DNA from: Eledone cirrhosa
Taxonomy: Eukaryota
Direction of reading: 5' to 3'
Length of the DNA: 64,000 bases
NCBI GenBank assembly: GCA_964016885.1
Contig: OZ024742.1
Location: forward strand, 344,348,001-344,412,000
The position numbers were made by a program, and so were the translations under genes. The notes under the pieces are model-generated. The model saw nothing but the letters and a program-made list of their open reading frames with translations, was not told where the DNA came from and ran no database searches. The stretch's first letter is position 1. Each line of letters begins with the position of its first letter. Below, one piece after another: positions 40,861-55,000 of the stretch.

Positions 40861-41829
40861 TTTTTGTATTTTGTGTTTTTCTTGCTTTAAAAAGACAACG
40901 AATAATTATGTAAATTGACTACGATATACCCAGCCTGTCAGGTACAACACTGCTCATTTAGCTTTTATATATCAAATAAATTCTCATTTCCTTACATTAT
41001 CGTTTACATGAGCGAGTATTCCACAAATAGGCAAGGAGACGCGAGACTTAACAGTTAGAGTTTTTGGCTGATTGAACTCGATTCCTGACAACGGGTTGTA
41101 TCCTTGAGTAAGACACTATATTTCACGTTGCTCAGTCCACTAGCTGGGAAAAAATAGGTTGTAAAAGTTGTTATTTGAGCAAATATGTAGTAAAAGGTAT
41201 TCCAGCCCATTTTAAAAAATGTGAAAAAGTACCAAGATTGGAGATACAATATATTGTAAAAGATCTAGCAACAGTTAATGTGGTGTGGTAAACAAATATA
41301 TACATACACACCAGGTCCAAACACAATGGAACTAAACTCTTACTCTCACTGCCTTCGTCTCTCCCGCTCTCCCTATCTCTCACAATTATGAGCAAATGGG
41401 GACCCATGCGCTGGCCGCCTCGCAGCCCCGGTTGATAGAATAGAGAAGGCGTTCCCGGGGAATTGTGAGAGAGACGTGCTGGAAGAGCCATTCCAGCTCG
41501 CGAGGCTCACACCTGCGAGTAGCCAACTCTGTGCCGATGGTGGTGAATAGGGAGGTGGTCCTAGGGACAAGGACACGTGTCTGTACAATACCAAGCCTAT
41601 TGCCCGTATATTTCACGAACACGCTGTTCCACTAATGGCCTTAATTAACTAGGACATTTGTCGTCCGAACGAATGGCGACCGAACGCTTATTCTATAAAC
41701 AAGTTTATACTTACTCTAAGTCTCAAACTGAAGCAATGGAACACATGATTTGATAAAGCTGGATCTTTGAAGTAGAAGTTCAATCCATCCTCATGGCTTT
41801 ATACCCAATTTCATCCTTTATCTATGAAC

Positions 41830-42960
41830 GCTAAGAATTTTTTTTCCTACGTTGGTTTTAAGATTAAGGGAGAAAAGTTGGCAAGCATATGGTTGCTCTA
41901 CTTCTGTTTTTTCTTCTAGTAGTTTTATATTCTGGAGTGTATGAGACTTTTCCTGTGAGACCGCTGTTGGCTAGCGTGAAGTTATAATAGAGAACTGCTC
42001 AATCGAAAATGTTTTCGATGGACGAAAAGTTAGAAATCCTCCTATTACATTTGTTAACTGAGTTTTTAAAAGTTGTAGGTGGGTGACAGGAATTTTGTAG
42101 ATATATCTAAGTTTTTAATTTCGTTTGAGGAAAGATTTGTGTATATATGTGCAGATCTAAATTATCACCGAGAAAGTTACCGCTGGGGAGGTTGGTGGAT
42201 ACTGTAATCTTTACTCCTAGTTCGTTGAATGTAGTAAATAAATTTTCTTGTAAAAGTGTCGAGGTCGTGATAACTACATGGTTCGATAGGGCCAGACCGT
42301 CTTCACGATGTAGGTCTGTTTGAAAGTCAAGAAATTTGGTTCTTAGCGTGTCCAAAATATATAGGAACAGCAAATCGCATACTACTGCACTATCGAATGA
42401 TGTCATGGATCCAGCGAATAGATCTATGAAAGTTGAGATTATAACCGATGCTATTCCGTTTTCCTACAGGGGGATATAATTTGGCGGTGTATGTCGTGTA
42501 AAATAATGTAAATGCTGGCAACATCTTTCTCTAGTAAGGTTTTATAAGGTCTCACGTTTGGCTAAACATTCTATTTTTCTATCTACATTAAGGGAGTTAG
42601 TTAAGGATTTGACCCCATCGTGTATGCCGTTGTAAGCCGTAGTGTCTGTTTTTTTTTGTATATTTCGAAGTTAAGGCTTTATGTGTGAAGCGACTGTATG
42701 TAGGTATGAGCTAGATCAATCTACATACAGTCACTTCACACATAAAGCCTTCGAAATATACAAAAAAAAACAGACACTACGGTTTTGTTTGATAATACGA
42801 AATGTTTCTTGGAGGATCTGACATTTTTCATGTCTCTGCTTAGGTTATCTTGGAAAGAGTTTGGGTGTTTGCAGAAGGAAATATTTGCGACTATGTCAAG
42901 AAGATCAAATACTAGAGTTTATTTCAAAATGGCCGAACAGATGAGCTGTTTGGGCCCCAG
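41830..42960 (-). mobile_element. Decayed Penelope-like RT (YRDDGL type)
   Basis: MTSFDSAVVCDL..LYIL..HREDGL..KITV..NFL..LDL (42107-42406), with upstream NSFQDNLSRDMKNVRSSK. Confidence 0.7.
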
Positions 42961-43318
42961 GTTCTCCTAGTGAAACACGTGTATTGTAGATGTAATAAAA
43001 TATATCATATTTCATATAACACATCTCGTTATCCCCCCACCCCCACCCCCATCCCCCCATAAACAACTCAATGAGTGGTCTGCCTACTTGGAATTTTATT
43101 ACGAAATACAACTTGATGATTTCAAACGAATCAAACACCAATGGTCCTGTAGAAATCATTACTAAATTATATATATGTAACTATGAATATATATATATAT
43201 ATAAACATATATATCTATATATAAACATATGTGTATATATATACATATATATATGCGTGTGTGTGTGTATGTATATGATATATGTATGTATATATATATG
43301 TATATATATATCCATATG

Positions 43319-43384
<66 letters not shown>

Positions 43385-43387
<3 letters not shown>

Positions 43388-46300
43388 TGTTATGCTTTGG
43401 GAGGGTCATGTTGCCAATAAGAAACACACGCATCAGTTGCTTTCACTCCAATTTATTATAAATTAAATTTATAAATTTAAGAATTTATAAATTTCCGGTT
43501 GGTTGGTTGGTTCCACAGCCGGACGGTTGTTCATATATTGTCAAAGTTCTTTCGTCACACATTCTGTGACCTCTTCAGTGACTGGGGATTCTTTTCTTTG
43601 TTTTTGTGCCTCCCCTTTGTTCTGTCCTACACCATCTTGTTTTTGTGCGTATTGTGTGCTTAGTTTGCGCATGTGTTACATCCGGGTGTCTTTGTGTGTT
43701 TATATTTGTTTATTTATTTATTTTTTTTTTTTTTTACATGTTACTGGTTGGTTGTTTGTTCTATGTGTGTGTGTGTGTGTTTTCATGTTGTCCTTAATTG
43801 TAAGTTGTGATGTTGCTATTCCATTCATGTTTTCTATTTAATTTTGGTTGGAGTTCATTTATGTTTATTGCCTCTGTGATTTGTCTAAACATTGCGTCTA
43901 TTTTTCTGTGTGTAGATTCTACTTTTATTTCTATGTTCTCTAATTTACCCTTATGTTCTAATTTAGCATGTTTGTGGAGTACAGATGATTCTTTTTTCCA
44001 TCTTGAAGCACTCGCCAGTGTTCATTTATCCGTTCTCCTATACTACGAGCTGTCTTACCTATGTACACTATATTCTTATCTCTACATTGTCCTTCAGTAC
44101 ATCTTATGCTATATACTACATTTCTAGTTTGACAGTTAATATGGGGGGCTTAGTTTACAGATTATACATTTCTTATCTATACAGGGAGGTCTTTGAAAAG
44201 GGTATGTATTGCTAATAAGTGTTTTTATGGAGGTACCTGGTCTTTCTACTATCTTAATATTGAGTTTATGTTTATCTAGGGCCCTACTAAATTTGTAAGC
44301 TAATTCACCTCTAGGGGTTGTATTGATGAACATTACACTCTGGTATTTATTGCTAACATACCATGAGTTTCTTCTATTAACCTTATTCCTAGTTCTTTCT
44401 ATTCTATTCCAAAATTTGCTCCTATACAAGGGGCAGGTCCCATTTGTATCATTATTTACCATTTTTTCCCATTTGGTTCTGGCTCCTCTATATACTCTGA
44501 TGTTATTTCTCTGATTGTAACCAGAGAACTACATACGGTGGATGAAGTGTTGTATGTGTCTCTCTAGTTCTTTGGTGTTGCACATGCAGGACACGTTTCT
44601 CATCACCCGTACCAATCCGCAATCATTATGTTGATTTTGGTGTGGTCCGAAACAGCTGTGTTTGCTTGGGTAGTCTATAGTAACTCTAATACTCTGGTTG
44701 ATGGAGTTAGCTATTTGTTGGATGCTTTCCGTGGTGTTTTTCTCTAATTCCTGACTGTTCTCTAGTGGGGGTGTTTTTACTACGATGTTTATATCATCAA
44801 CGTAGCGGGAGTACATTATCAGGGTTAAGAGGTTGCTGTCTTCTAATTGCTCTTTAAGTTTAAGTTTAAGTCTACAGTGCCACCATACCATAAATAGGTT
44901 AGCTATGTCACCTGCAATGCTAACACCAATGGCTTCTCCCTCCTCTTGGGCATATGTTTTTCCATTAAATTTGAACATATGTTCCTTAAGGGTTAATTTT
45001 ATACTGGCCCCCACCGCATGTGCAATCATTTTCTTTAGTTGATCCTGGTTTTTGGGGGCCCGTATGGCTCTGGTCCACCCGATCCATCTATCTGTGTTTG
45101 GTTTTCTTGGCCATTGAGGTAATGGTAGGTGGTCTGCCTCTGTCTGGTCTTGTAGGGCACATGTTGCTAAGGTCATATGTATCTAGATATTCATTACTAT
45201 AGGTAAATTTAAGTAGGAGTCCCAGCTCATTGGTATCAATCCCACGGAATTCAACATTGCACTCACTGATCATTTATACGCATTTCTCCACAGCGAAATC
45301 CACGTCAATGGATGGATATAGTGACACAACATCCATACTACCTATTATGCAGTTTGTTAGGTCCCGAGATCGGTTACCCTCGCCGATTCTGCTGAGGAGG
45401 TCCTCCGTGCTGTCACATATATCTGGGGACATTTCAATGATGTGGCGTATGATCAGAGAGAGGAAGTAGGAAAGTCTGTAATTACTAGCAATGTTAGCTC
45501 CACAGACTGGCTGTGGTACTGTGACAGGGTCAATACTCGTGTTATGGTCTTTTCGAAGCCCATACAACGCTGGCACGTCATTGTTCCAGGCCTGGAAGTT
45601 GTTGGCAGTCCTTTTATTGGGCTGCATTATATTTGTCCACATCATCATATGGGCATTGAGGGTTTTCTCCCCCATCCTCATGCTCTTGTGGTGTTACTTC
45701 TCTTGTGTTAGTGATGTGGGGTTGCATTGCCTGGATGTAGTTTGACAGACTGTCAACCGACATTCTGCCAGACTTGTCTGTTGGAAAGCATGCAATTTCT
45801 CCACTACGCGAGCGCTGCATGAGCTTACGCAAGCCATTTACATATTTTTCTTCCAGTTGCTGGGCCTCCATTCTATTTTGCTTCTTGCTATGCTGTTCTA
45901 TAATATTTCTAAGTTTAGATCTAGCTACACTAAATTGTGCTTCTGTTTGTTCATCGACCTGCGACGGCAATTGCGTGCGTTTGTTAAAAGCTAAAGTCGT
46001 GGCGTGGACTCGTCGTAGGTCGAAGGACATATCGGAAGGATTATAAAAAGTAGAGTTCCAGGCTGCTGCTTTATGTGTACTATTGCTATTGTTATTGTTA
46101 GTTGTGTTGTTTCTACTTCTATTTCCACCAACAGCCTCATGGTTGTTTCTATGTCTCTCATTATTACTCCTTTCTCTTTCCTCTGGCTCATTGTTATTAT
46201 CTACTCTATTTTGTGTGTCTGTGTGTTCGTCCTGGTTATTTTCTCTGTCAGTATCGATAGTCTCCCTTCTCCTTTCAATCCCATTACCTTTCCTTACTTC

Positions 46301-46520
46301 TGTGTTACTGTCATTACCTGCTTTCTGTGAGGAGATCACAGAATGTGTGACGAAAGAACTTTGACAATATATGAACAACCGTCCGGTTGTGGAACCAACC
46401 CACCAACCGGAAATTTATAAATTCTTAAATTTATAAATTTAATTTATAATAAATTGGAGTGAAAGCAACTGGTGCGTGTGTTTCTTATTGGAAAATGACC
46501 CTCCCAAAGCATAACAATAT
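43385..46520 (-). mobile_element. Naiad-like Penelope element, frameshifted, with 3' pseudo-LTR and inverted 5' partial pLTR
   Basis: PTDKSG, LYGLRKDH, SMDVVSLYPS, GEAIG..FMVWW, RYVDD, PLYR, CxxxxCxxC, VVY..YIGKT..ERINEH..LNRKHEW. 46336-46520 is the reverse complement of 43385-43569. Confidence 0.9.
43540..43582 (-). ncRNA. Type I hammerhead in the pseudo-LTR
   Basis: gtca CTGAAGA ggtcac agaatgt gtgac GAAA gaac TT tgac. Confidence 0.85.
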
Positions 46521-46830
46521 CGGTTTCAACATACGTTTTCAGATAAAGAATCTTGCTAAACAAATTCAGAAACGAAATATATATATATATACAATATATT
46601 AACAAATGGAAACTATATTTATAAAACCATATTTATATTATTATACGTATTTCAAGGGCCACCAAGGCAAATTATGGTGCGCTTTTGAATCCCAACAAAT
46701 TAAAGATAACCTCTGCATATATATATATGTGTGTGTGTGTACATATATATGTATATATATATATGTATTCTTATGTACATATATATATATATATATTTAT
46801 ATGTGTATGTGTGTGGGTGTATAGATAGAT

Positions 46831-46886
<56 letters not shown>

Positions 46887-47476
46887 AGAGAGAGAGAGAG
46901 AGATGATGATGATGATGGTGATGATGATAGTTCTCTGGCCACTTAAGAGAGATGCGGAGATAATAAGTGATATGCATATATGAGTATGTTCTAGTACAGC
47001 ACGGTTCGATTCGAGAACATTCCAAATGATTGAAGGATCTTATGTATTAGCAATGACATGTAAATCTACATCCACTTGAATCTTGTTTCATTTCTCTTGT
47101 CATGTGTGTACAAGTCTATATTTATGCTTATGTAATTCATATATAAAAACAGAAAGCAATATACATATTTTCTGATATATAAATACATGGTTATATATAT
47201 GTGTTTGTATATATGTATGTACGTGAGTATATCAATCAATCTGTCTGTGTGTGTATATATATATATATATATGAGATGTGTGTGTGTGTGTGTGTGTGTT
47301 AAAATACACACACACATATATATAAATATATATTAAAATACACACACACATATATATAAATATATATTAAAATACACACACACATATATATATAAATATA
47401 TATTAAAACACACACACAGACACACTTATATATATATATACATACATATATATCTATACATATATATAATATATAT

Positions 47477-47508
<32 letters not shown>

Positions 47509-47527
47509 CATACATATATATCTATAC

Positions 47528-47614
<87 letters not shown>

Positions 47615-47887
47615 ACTAGAGATTGATTAACATATAAAAATACATGAATAATCACAGGAGATAATTTAAGCTTGCATGTAACCGCGCATAGCTAGTTTAG
47701 GCAATATTTACCTTTAAGAGTGATTAACTTTCATTGTATATATCCCATTAAAGAAATATATTTCACCAATTAATCAGATGGTAAGCCACGGAAAGTGGAT
47801 ATTATTGGATTGTCAACAAGGAAATAGATAATTATCCAGCCATTCGTGCTTATGCACGAATGGCTGGATAATTGAAGATATACAAAC

Positions 47888-47924
<37 letters not shown>

Positions 47925-47955
47925 ACAAGTATAGACATACATATGTCTATACTGA

Positions 47956-48012
<57 letters not shown>

Positions 48013-48014
48013 AT

Positions 48015-49088
48015 TAGTAAATTTGTATTCCAATGTTACTAAGTAGTTGCATTGGATGGAGTTAACCGACGTCAGAGATTGCTCAACGTATAATAAAGTG
48101 TGTTTTAAAATCCGGAGAAAATATGGAGAAGAAGTTTATGAAATGGAAATGCGGGTATACAGAATTTATTAGGTAACAATTGTTTCTATAGTGTATGGGT
48201 TACCTATACCTCGCTATTTGAATAATATAAAAATATTATCATAAACCGAAGGTACACTGTAAGCAAACACACCATGTCGTCAGACCTTTGTATTGGAATG
48301 ATATGAAAATATTTTATACACTAGATAAAAGATAAAGAAGGAGGTAGGAAGAGAAGGGGAAGAGGGAAGTGAGTAAGGTGGAGGGAGTCTTAGGATTTAA
48401 GACTGTCAGACTAGTAGAGATGGTAAGGGGAGAATGTTTTGGCAGCAGTTAGCTTAATGAGGCGTGTTAGTGTTGGCGGGGGAAGTAAATTCTTCTAGTG
48501 GTGTTGTTCGGACAACATTTAGTTAAAGGGGTCAATGTGGTACAGTGTCACAGACAAGTTATTGGGGCTATTATAGTAGCAGGTTATTTCTAAAGGGGTC
48601 CAGAAAACAGTGTTTAGTACTATTATTATAGAAAGCCATATCTTGTGTATAAACATATAAAACAGAAATTTACAAACGGTGGTGTAAAAAGGTAACATTA
48701 TATGCATTTAAAAAAAGAAAAAGTCGTTTCAAACGATGGTTACAGTATAGAGAACGTTCAATTTTGCTGTTCAAAAGTTTGTTTACCGACGTTAAAATGC
48801 AGTATATCTCCAAATTGCATAACTTGCAGAATCGATAATTTTGCTTATATGCAGGCGCAGCTGCAATAATTTGCCAATCAAGGGAGAATGCTTGATTGTT
48901 CCTCCGGAGCTGCCAGGCTTTATCGGCGAGGGTTGTTACGGAGCGCATTTTCTCGTGCCTGATCGTAGATCGATGTTGGTATAGGCGAGCCTTGAAAGAA
49001 GTTGCGGTACATCCGACGTAATACCATTTGTTGGTTCCGGAATTTATTGTACATCGGTAGACAATATTGCGTGCTAGGCACTGGTTAT
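48015..49088 (-). mobile_element. 5'-truncated Penelope-like element: GIY-YIG, 3' UTR and hammerhead
   Basis: CLARNIVYRC..YYVGCT..FKARLYQH..CKLCNLE..LLN..CNH. Hammerhead at 48171-48287: aggt CTGACGA catggtgtg..tacactata GAAA caattg TT acct. Confidence 0.85.
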
Positions 49089-49094
49089 ATATAT

Positions 49095-49185
49095 ATATAT
49101 CTTCAGTAAAGACATATGTATGTCTATACTTGTGTATATATGTATATATCTTCAGTAAAGACATATGTATGTCTATACTTGTGTA

Positions 49186-49235
<50 letters not shown>

Positions 49236-49360
49236 AGTATAGACATACATATGTCTTTACTGAAGATATATACATATATACACAAGTATAGACATACATA
49301 TGTCTTTACTGAAGATATATATATATATATATACACAAGTATAGACATACATATGTCTGA
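49095..49360. repeat. Palindromic array of a ~34 bp unit centred on (TA)n
   Basis: cttcagtaaagacatatgtatgtctatacttgtg x2, then (TA)n, then its reverse complement x2.7. Another copy at 47923-47957. Confidence 0.85.
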
Positions 49361-50149
49361 GTTTAACAAATACCAATTTTGCCCAATGAAGGAATTAATA
49401 AGAGTCAATTATTCAGACATAATACAAATTATATTTCATATTTTGGAAACGCAACTACGATAAAGAAATATTTACCTATATACTCAGAACATCCGTATAT
49501 GTGTATATATATATATAAGAAAGTATTGAAGTTTGCTTGAAGCATTGTGGAATAATAAGTAAATATCTTTAAGTCGTTTGGAAGCCTCGACAATGCAAAT
49601 GGGTAAATCTCCGGGTAACAAGATCCGGTGGTGGAGAGAGAGATGTAAGTGGGTGTACGTTGAGATGCGTGGTGTGTATAAGATGTGTAAGATGTGTAGA
49701 AGAATGAAGGGAAGAGTATAAAGGATAAAATAAAAATAACAACACAAGAGAGAGTTACCTTGGGAGAGATTTAATAGTCCCTATATATTTTGGATTCACA
49801 TCCATCAACTGGGGTATTTTTCCGGGGTGGGGGAAAGGTTGTCTGTCGGACAGATGCGAAACGCGTCCTCCGCTGTTTGTTGTTTTGAATATCTGAGGTA
49901 TTCGGCAGAGCGCGCGTGCGCGTGAAATGGGGTCGGTCGGGCAGAGGTCAGCAGCCGAATGAGGGAGTGGGGTGGCGCTAGCTGTCAGTCCATTCTCTGC
50001 CTGTTTGTTAAATGTTACTGTGTGTGTGTGTGTGTTGTTGTCTCGCTTGAGTGTGTGTGTGTGTGCGTGTGTTGTTGCCTGGTTCCTCTGTATTGGCAGT
50101 GTAGTATGTTCGTATGGTGGAATGCTACTGTGTGTGTGTGCGTGTGTGA

Positions 50150-52040
50150 GAATGTGTGAGGCCTTTCGCCAACATTTTGCTCGGTTGTTCGGGGGAAGTG
50201 GCGGGTCAGAGATGGTGGCGGACTTCAGTCCCTACCTCGATGGCTTGTCACAACTCTCGACGGCTGACGCTGGGCGCTGCGAAAGGCCAATTACTTCAGC
50301 CGAGATTCAGGATGCCCTTGTCGGCTGCATGAGGCGCAAGTCACCCGGTTTGGATGGTCTGCCCTACGAGCATTACGTAAATATGGCAGACTTGTTCGCC
50401 AATTTCCTCGAAGCCCTCGAAGCCCTCGAAGCCAACAGGGTCCATACACGACAACCTCCACCTAATGCGATACATTATAGAGAGGGTAGGGTGTAAATCT
50501 GGCTTTGGTGGGGCTCTGATCAATTTAGATCAATCGAAAGCATTCGATAGGGTCGACCATCGGTATCTGGAGGCTGTCCTCAAGGCGGCTGGCTTCGGCC
50601 CCGTCTTCAAAAGCTGGATCGCTGCAATGCACAGCGGCACCTGCTCGATGGTCAAAATTAATGGCCACCTCTCGGAACCGTTTCAGGTCTCCCGATCGGT
50701 CCGTCAAGGGTGCCCTCTCTCCTCCATTCTGCACGTATTGACTCTCGAGCCTTTACTGCGGAGGATGGAGCTGTTGCAGGGCATCCCGCTCGAACAGGAA
50801 CGCGGAAAGGCTGTGTCGGCTTGTGCGGACGACATCACCGTGATGGTGTCGGACACTTCAGAAATCGAGGTCGTCGGCAACTTATTGGAGGAATATGAAA
50901 GGTTGACGGGAGCAAAACTTAACCCGGAAAAGGCAGTGGGCTTGCAACTTGGCACCTGGAGAGGCAAGTCCATGCCGTTCAACAGCGACGTTAGGCGCTG
51001 GACAGACGGACCGTTAAAGTTGCTAGAGGTTTCGTTCAGGCCAGACCTCCAGGTGGATAAGAATTGGGACGAGGTGACGGGCAGTGTAGTCAGTCTCACC
51101 CAGAAATGGGCTAGGATGAAGCTATCACTGAAAGGTCGGGCGGAGATGGCGAACGATTACATCGCGTCCGTCATCTACTACCGTCTGACTGTCGTCCCTT
51201 GCCCCCGTGCGCGCCTCGCCATCTTGGAGCGGCTCCTCTTCAAATTCTTGTGGAGGGGTCAGGTTCCGCTGGTGAGGCGGTCCGTCTGCTGCCAGCACCC
51301 TCTACGTGGAGGGCTGGGCATGCCGTGGCTAATGATGCGCAGGCACGCGCTGAGGCTGCGGCATCTCCAGATATTCTGCCTAAACGGTGAACAGGTGTGG
51401 TCGCCGTTTGTCAGACGGGCCTTTCCGCAGCTCGTTTCTTTGACTGAGTTGCAGTCCTGGGTCAAGAAGAGACCGAAACTGGGTGACTGGCATCTGGAAT
51501 GTTGCCAGGCACTCACTGCGCTCTACCAGGCGGGCAATGCGGTCAGTGGAACTTCCACTCTCGAGTTCTATAGAGGATTAGTGGTGGGCAAGTGCGACGA
51601 CGCACTCGGAGAGGCTCCGGGAGTCAACGAAGTCGAATTAACCAGTCTGTACCGGAGGACTTTCGAGCCGGGGACGATGGATAATTTCCAAAAATCCCTT
51701 GCTTGGCAGTGCTACCGGGGGGCACTGCCGGTTCGAGATAAACTCTACAGGCACGGAAGTGCTGTCAGACGGACCTGCCCGAGATGCGCGCAGAGCGACG
51801 AAACCGTTCTGCACGCACTCGTCCAGTGTCCGTGCATTACTGACTTGTGGAGTTATGTTGAACAGCTGTTGTCGCGTGTAGAACGGATCCGGCTATCGGC
51901 CGAGTCCATAGTGAAGATCGACCCGCCGCCTTCTTTTGGCCAGGAAGGGCAGGCTATTTTCCTCTGTCTGGTGGCAGTAGCTTAATAGGTTGTATGGTGG
52001 ATGAGGTTGAAAGGACTGAAGACAGACACTTTTCTCTTCT
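50150..52040 (+). mobile_element. Tx1-like LINE copy 1, truncated at both ends
   Basis: KSPGLDGLP, LDQSKAFDRVDH, RQGCPLS, CADD, CPRC..ETVLH (ORF 50465-51985). Confidence 0.92.
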
Positions 52041-55000
52041 TCGTGAACAACACTGAGAACACTAATTTTGGAAAAATTACCACGCCAACTACAACAATAA
52101 CAGCGTCAACCAAAATACAGACAACAAACAAAAATATGACAACAAATGCAACAACGATATTAACACCACTAACAAGAAAATAAACAATGACAACACCAAC
52201 AGCAACAATACAAATTGCACAGAAAACAACAACAGTGGCACCAAAAACACAACCAACTACAACAGTGATAACAGCAACAACACCAGCAACACTGTTTGTA
52301 GCAGTAGCAACAGCAACAGCACCAACAACAAGACCAGTAGCAGCAGTAGCGGCAGCAATAATGGTGTCGCTGTAAAAGGGGCCACTTCTTTCGTAGGTGT
52401 GGCCCGAAATATAGAGACAGTGCTAGTCACGGAGGAGGAGATGGCAGTCGCGAGATCCATGGTGTCGAGAAACGACAATAGAGTTTCCCTGAAACCTCCA
52501 CCCGATTTCTTCAAAGACCAGCAACTGCGCAGGCTGACTTAAGCAAGATGTCACATCGGGTGGAGAAAGCCATGGAGGTTCAAATCCAAAAGGCCTTAGG
52601 GTGCGTAGGGCGCGCAAAACCCACATCACCCGAGGCAAAAAATACGCCACAGTAGACATACTTTTTGGCACCCCTCAAGATGCGCAGTCTTACTCTTTGA
52701 AAGCCCTAAAGAGTGAGGAGATAGTCTTGGTGCCCTCCTACTGCGGGCCGAAAATTGGGAGGGTCAAAGTGACCCAGGTTCCGCCCGACGTGCCCATATC
52801 TTGGCTGGTGGCGTTCTACTGGCTGGAATCGAGGAGAAGACCACCATACTGCAAATACAGAGAATGGGAAGAGAGAACTGGTCAGGAATAGGCATGCAAA
52901 TGCTAATACAGACTGACCACAAGTACATCGAGGCCATCCCAGATATCATAAACCTCGAAGAAGGACTCCAACTCCCTATAAGCGGGGAAGGAATGTGCCC
53001 AAAGTGCTATATCTGTGTGCAGAAGGCCTTCTGCCCGCAGAAGACAGCCAAGAAGAGGGCCTTCCTCCTCTTGACGCCTTATCCGCTGCTACCAAGAGCA
53101 GGGCAGGCAACAGAGGTAGAAGATCCTTCCATGGTGAATAGGAGGGCAACATCCGTGGCACCCATACCAAGGCCACGGTCAACTAAAGCAGCGGCAGCAG
53201 TGGCGGCAACACCAACGGCCGCAGTAGCTACAGCGGCGGCAAAATCGCCGGAGCGGGCTCCACTACCACCACCAACAGCAGTGGAGCTCATACCCCTCCC
53301 AGAGGCCACGGAATCCGACATGGAGTATGAGGCGGAAGGGAAGAGGCAAACGGTCTGACACAAAAAACAAAAAAGGAAAAACCCCTTAGCTTCACCCTCC
53401 AAAAGCGAGGCAGACAAAGAGGGGTAAAGGCTGCAAGGAGACTTGCTGCAATACCACCACCACAAGCATCACCACCAACAACAAACACACCACCACCAGC
53501 ATCACCAAAAACACCAACATCGCAAACACAACAAAACACACGCACCCAACAGCAACAACAAGAAAACAGCGACAAAACCACCCCTCCTCCAAAAAAGTAC
53601 ACAGCCATAAACATGGCAAATAAAGAATTACAATATATAAAGCAGCACACAGACATCACAGGAAAAAAACTACTACACCCACCCCACACCAAGAACTCTC
53701 CCCAAAAACATAAACATAATTGAAATCAAAATAGAACATTACAAACTGCTAAAAGAAAAATTCCCCAACGTAAGGTAAGTAATCCTTTCTCACTTACCCC
53801 GTTTCTCGTCCAACATGGTCGTACTTAGAATAGCCAGTATAAATGTACGTGGCCTGGGGTCATCTTGGAAGCAGGGTCACCTGCTCAACGACCTCGGGTC
53901 ACTAAACATAGATGTGGTGGCCACCAGCGAGACCAGAATCTCCGAAGCAAGAGCCTTCGCACCGTTCTTCGGCGGCTACGATATATACGCATCTCCCAGT
54001 CGTCGAGTATCGGGGGGGGGGGTTGCCCTGTTTTTTCGGAGAGAGTTGGATCTCGCCATACGGGCCATCTTCCTGGACCCAGAAGGTGAGTCGGTGGTGC
54101 TGGATGTGACCGACAGCAAAGGCAATGCTTTCAGGCTAGTAGCCGTCTACAGGGCAGGACGACTAGATTTCTACAGACGTCTAGAGATCTTTCTTGGAAC
54201 GTCCCGTTCTTTAGTGTTAGTGGGCGACTGGAACGGTATCTTAGATGCACGCTGGGCTTATGTGGGGATAGTAGACGGCAGGAGGGTGTAAAAGCCTCAG
54301 CAACCTGCTCAGACGTTTTAAACTGTCTGACAGGTATAGACTGGATTATCCGAACGTGCCAATGTGGACATGGGCAAACCGCATTGGGTCATCCAGATCG
54401 TATTTAGATAGGATATTCTGTAGGGAAACAGATAAGGCTAGTATAGGCTGCCCACAATTTAAAGTAGTCGACTACACGGACCACGAATTTGTGAAATTGA
54501 CTTAGATAGACTCCATATGCAAGGGCCCGACTACTGGAAGCTGAACGCGTCTTTCCCGGCGCGCAAAGTTTACAGAGACCGAATTAGCGAATTAGTTAAG
54601 CGTGCGTTGACGGGTGCGATCGTCAACACAAGGTGGTGGTTTGCCCTGAAAAGGGCTAGTAGAGTAGAATCGATAAGGTTTAGCAAAGGAGTAGTGATAG
54701 AGGAAAACAGAGTAGAGGGAGAGTTAGTTAGAAAGCTAGAAGAAGCGTTTAGGACAGGCATCACAACCGACGTGCTTGCGGCGAGATTGGCACTCGACCA
54801 ATTCTTCAACACAAAGCATGAAGGCTGCGTTGTCAGAGCTAGAGCGCGTGCTCTAAGACACGAGGGGACGAAAGCCGTTCAATGGGGCCGGGTGGTGAAC
54901 GCGCGACGTGGCAACAAGTCCACAATTCGGTCTTTGCCTGATCAAAACGGGCGCATGTTGCTCGAACCCGAGCAGATGTATGCGGCTTTTCAACAGCACT

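Noticed and set aside
38100-41050. Possible host exons in the least repetitive stretch
   Set aside because: The ORFs are short and AT-rich with no recognisable domain; small exons cannot be excluded without RNA data.
43790-44470. Selenoprotein recoding, known in some Naiad elements
   Set aside because: The Cys positions in the linker and GIY-YIG region are TGT codons; the breaks are frameshifts, not in-frame TGA.
49095-49360. CRISPR-like short repeats with spacers
   Set aside because: The spacers are TA runs, the units switch orientation, there are no cas genes, and the context is eukaryotic.
49850-49870. GCGAAACGCGTC hammerhead-type 3' half
   Set aside because: No upstream CTGANGA or stem I partner was found.
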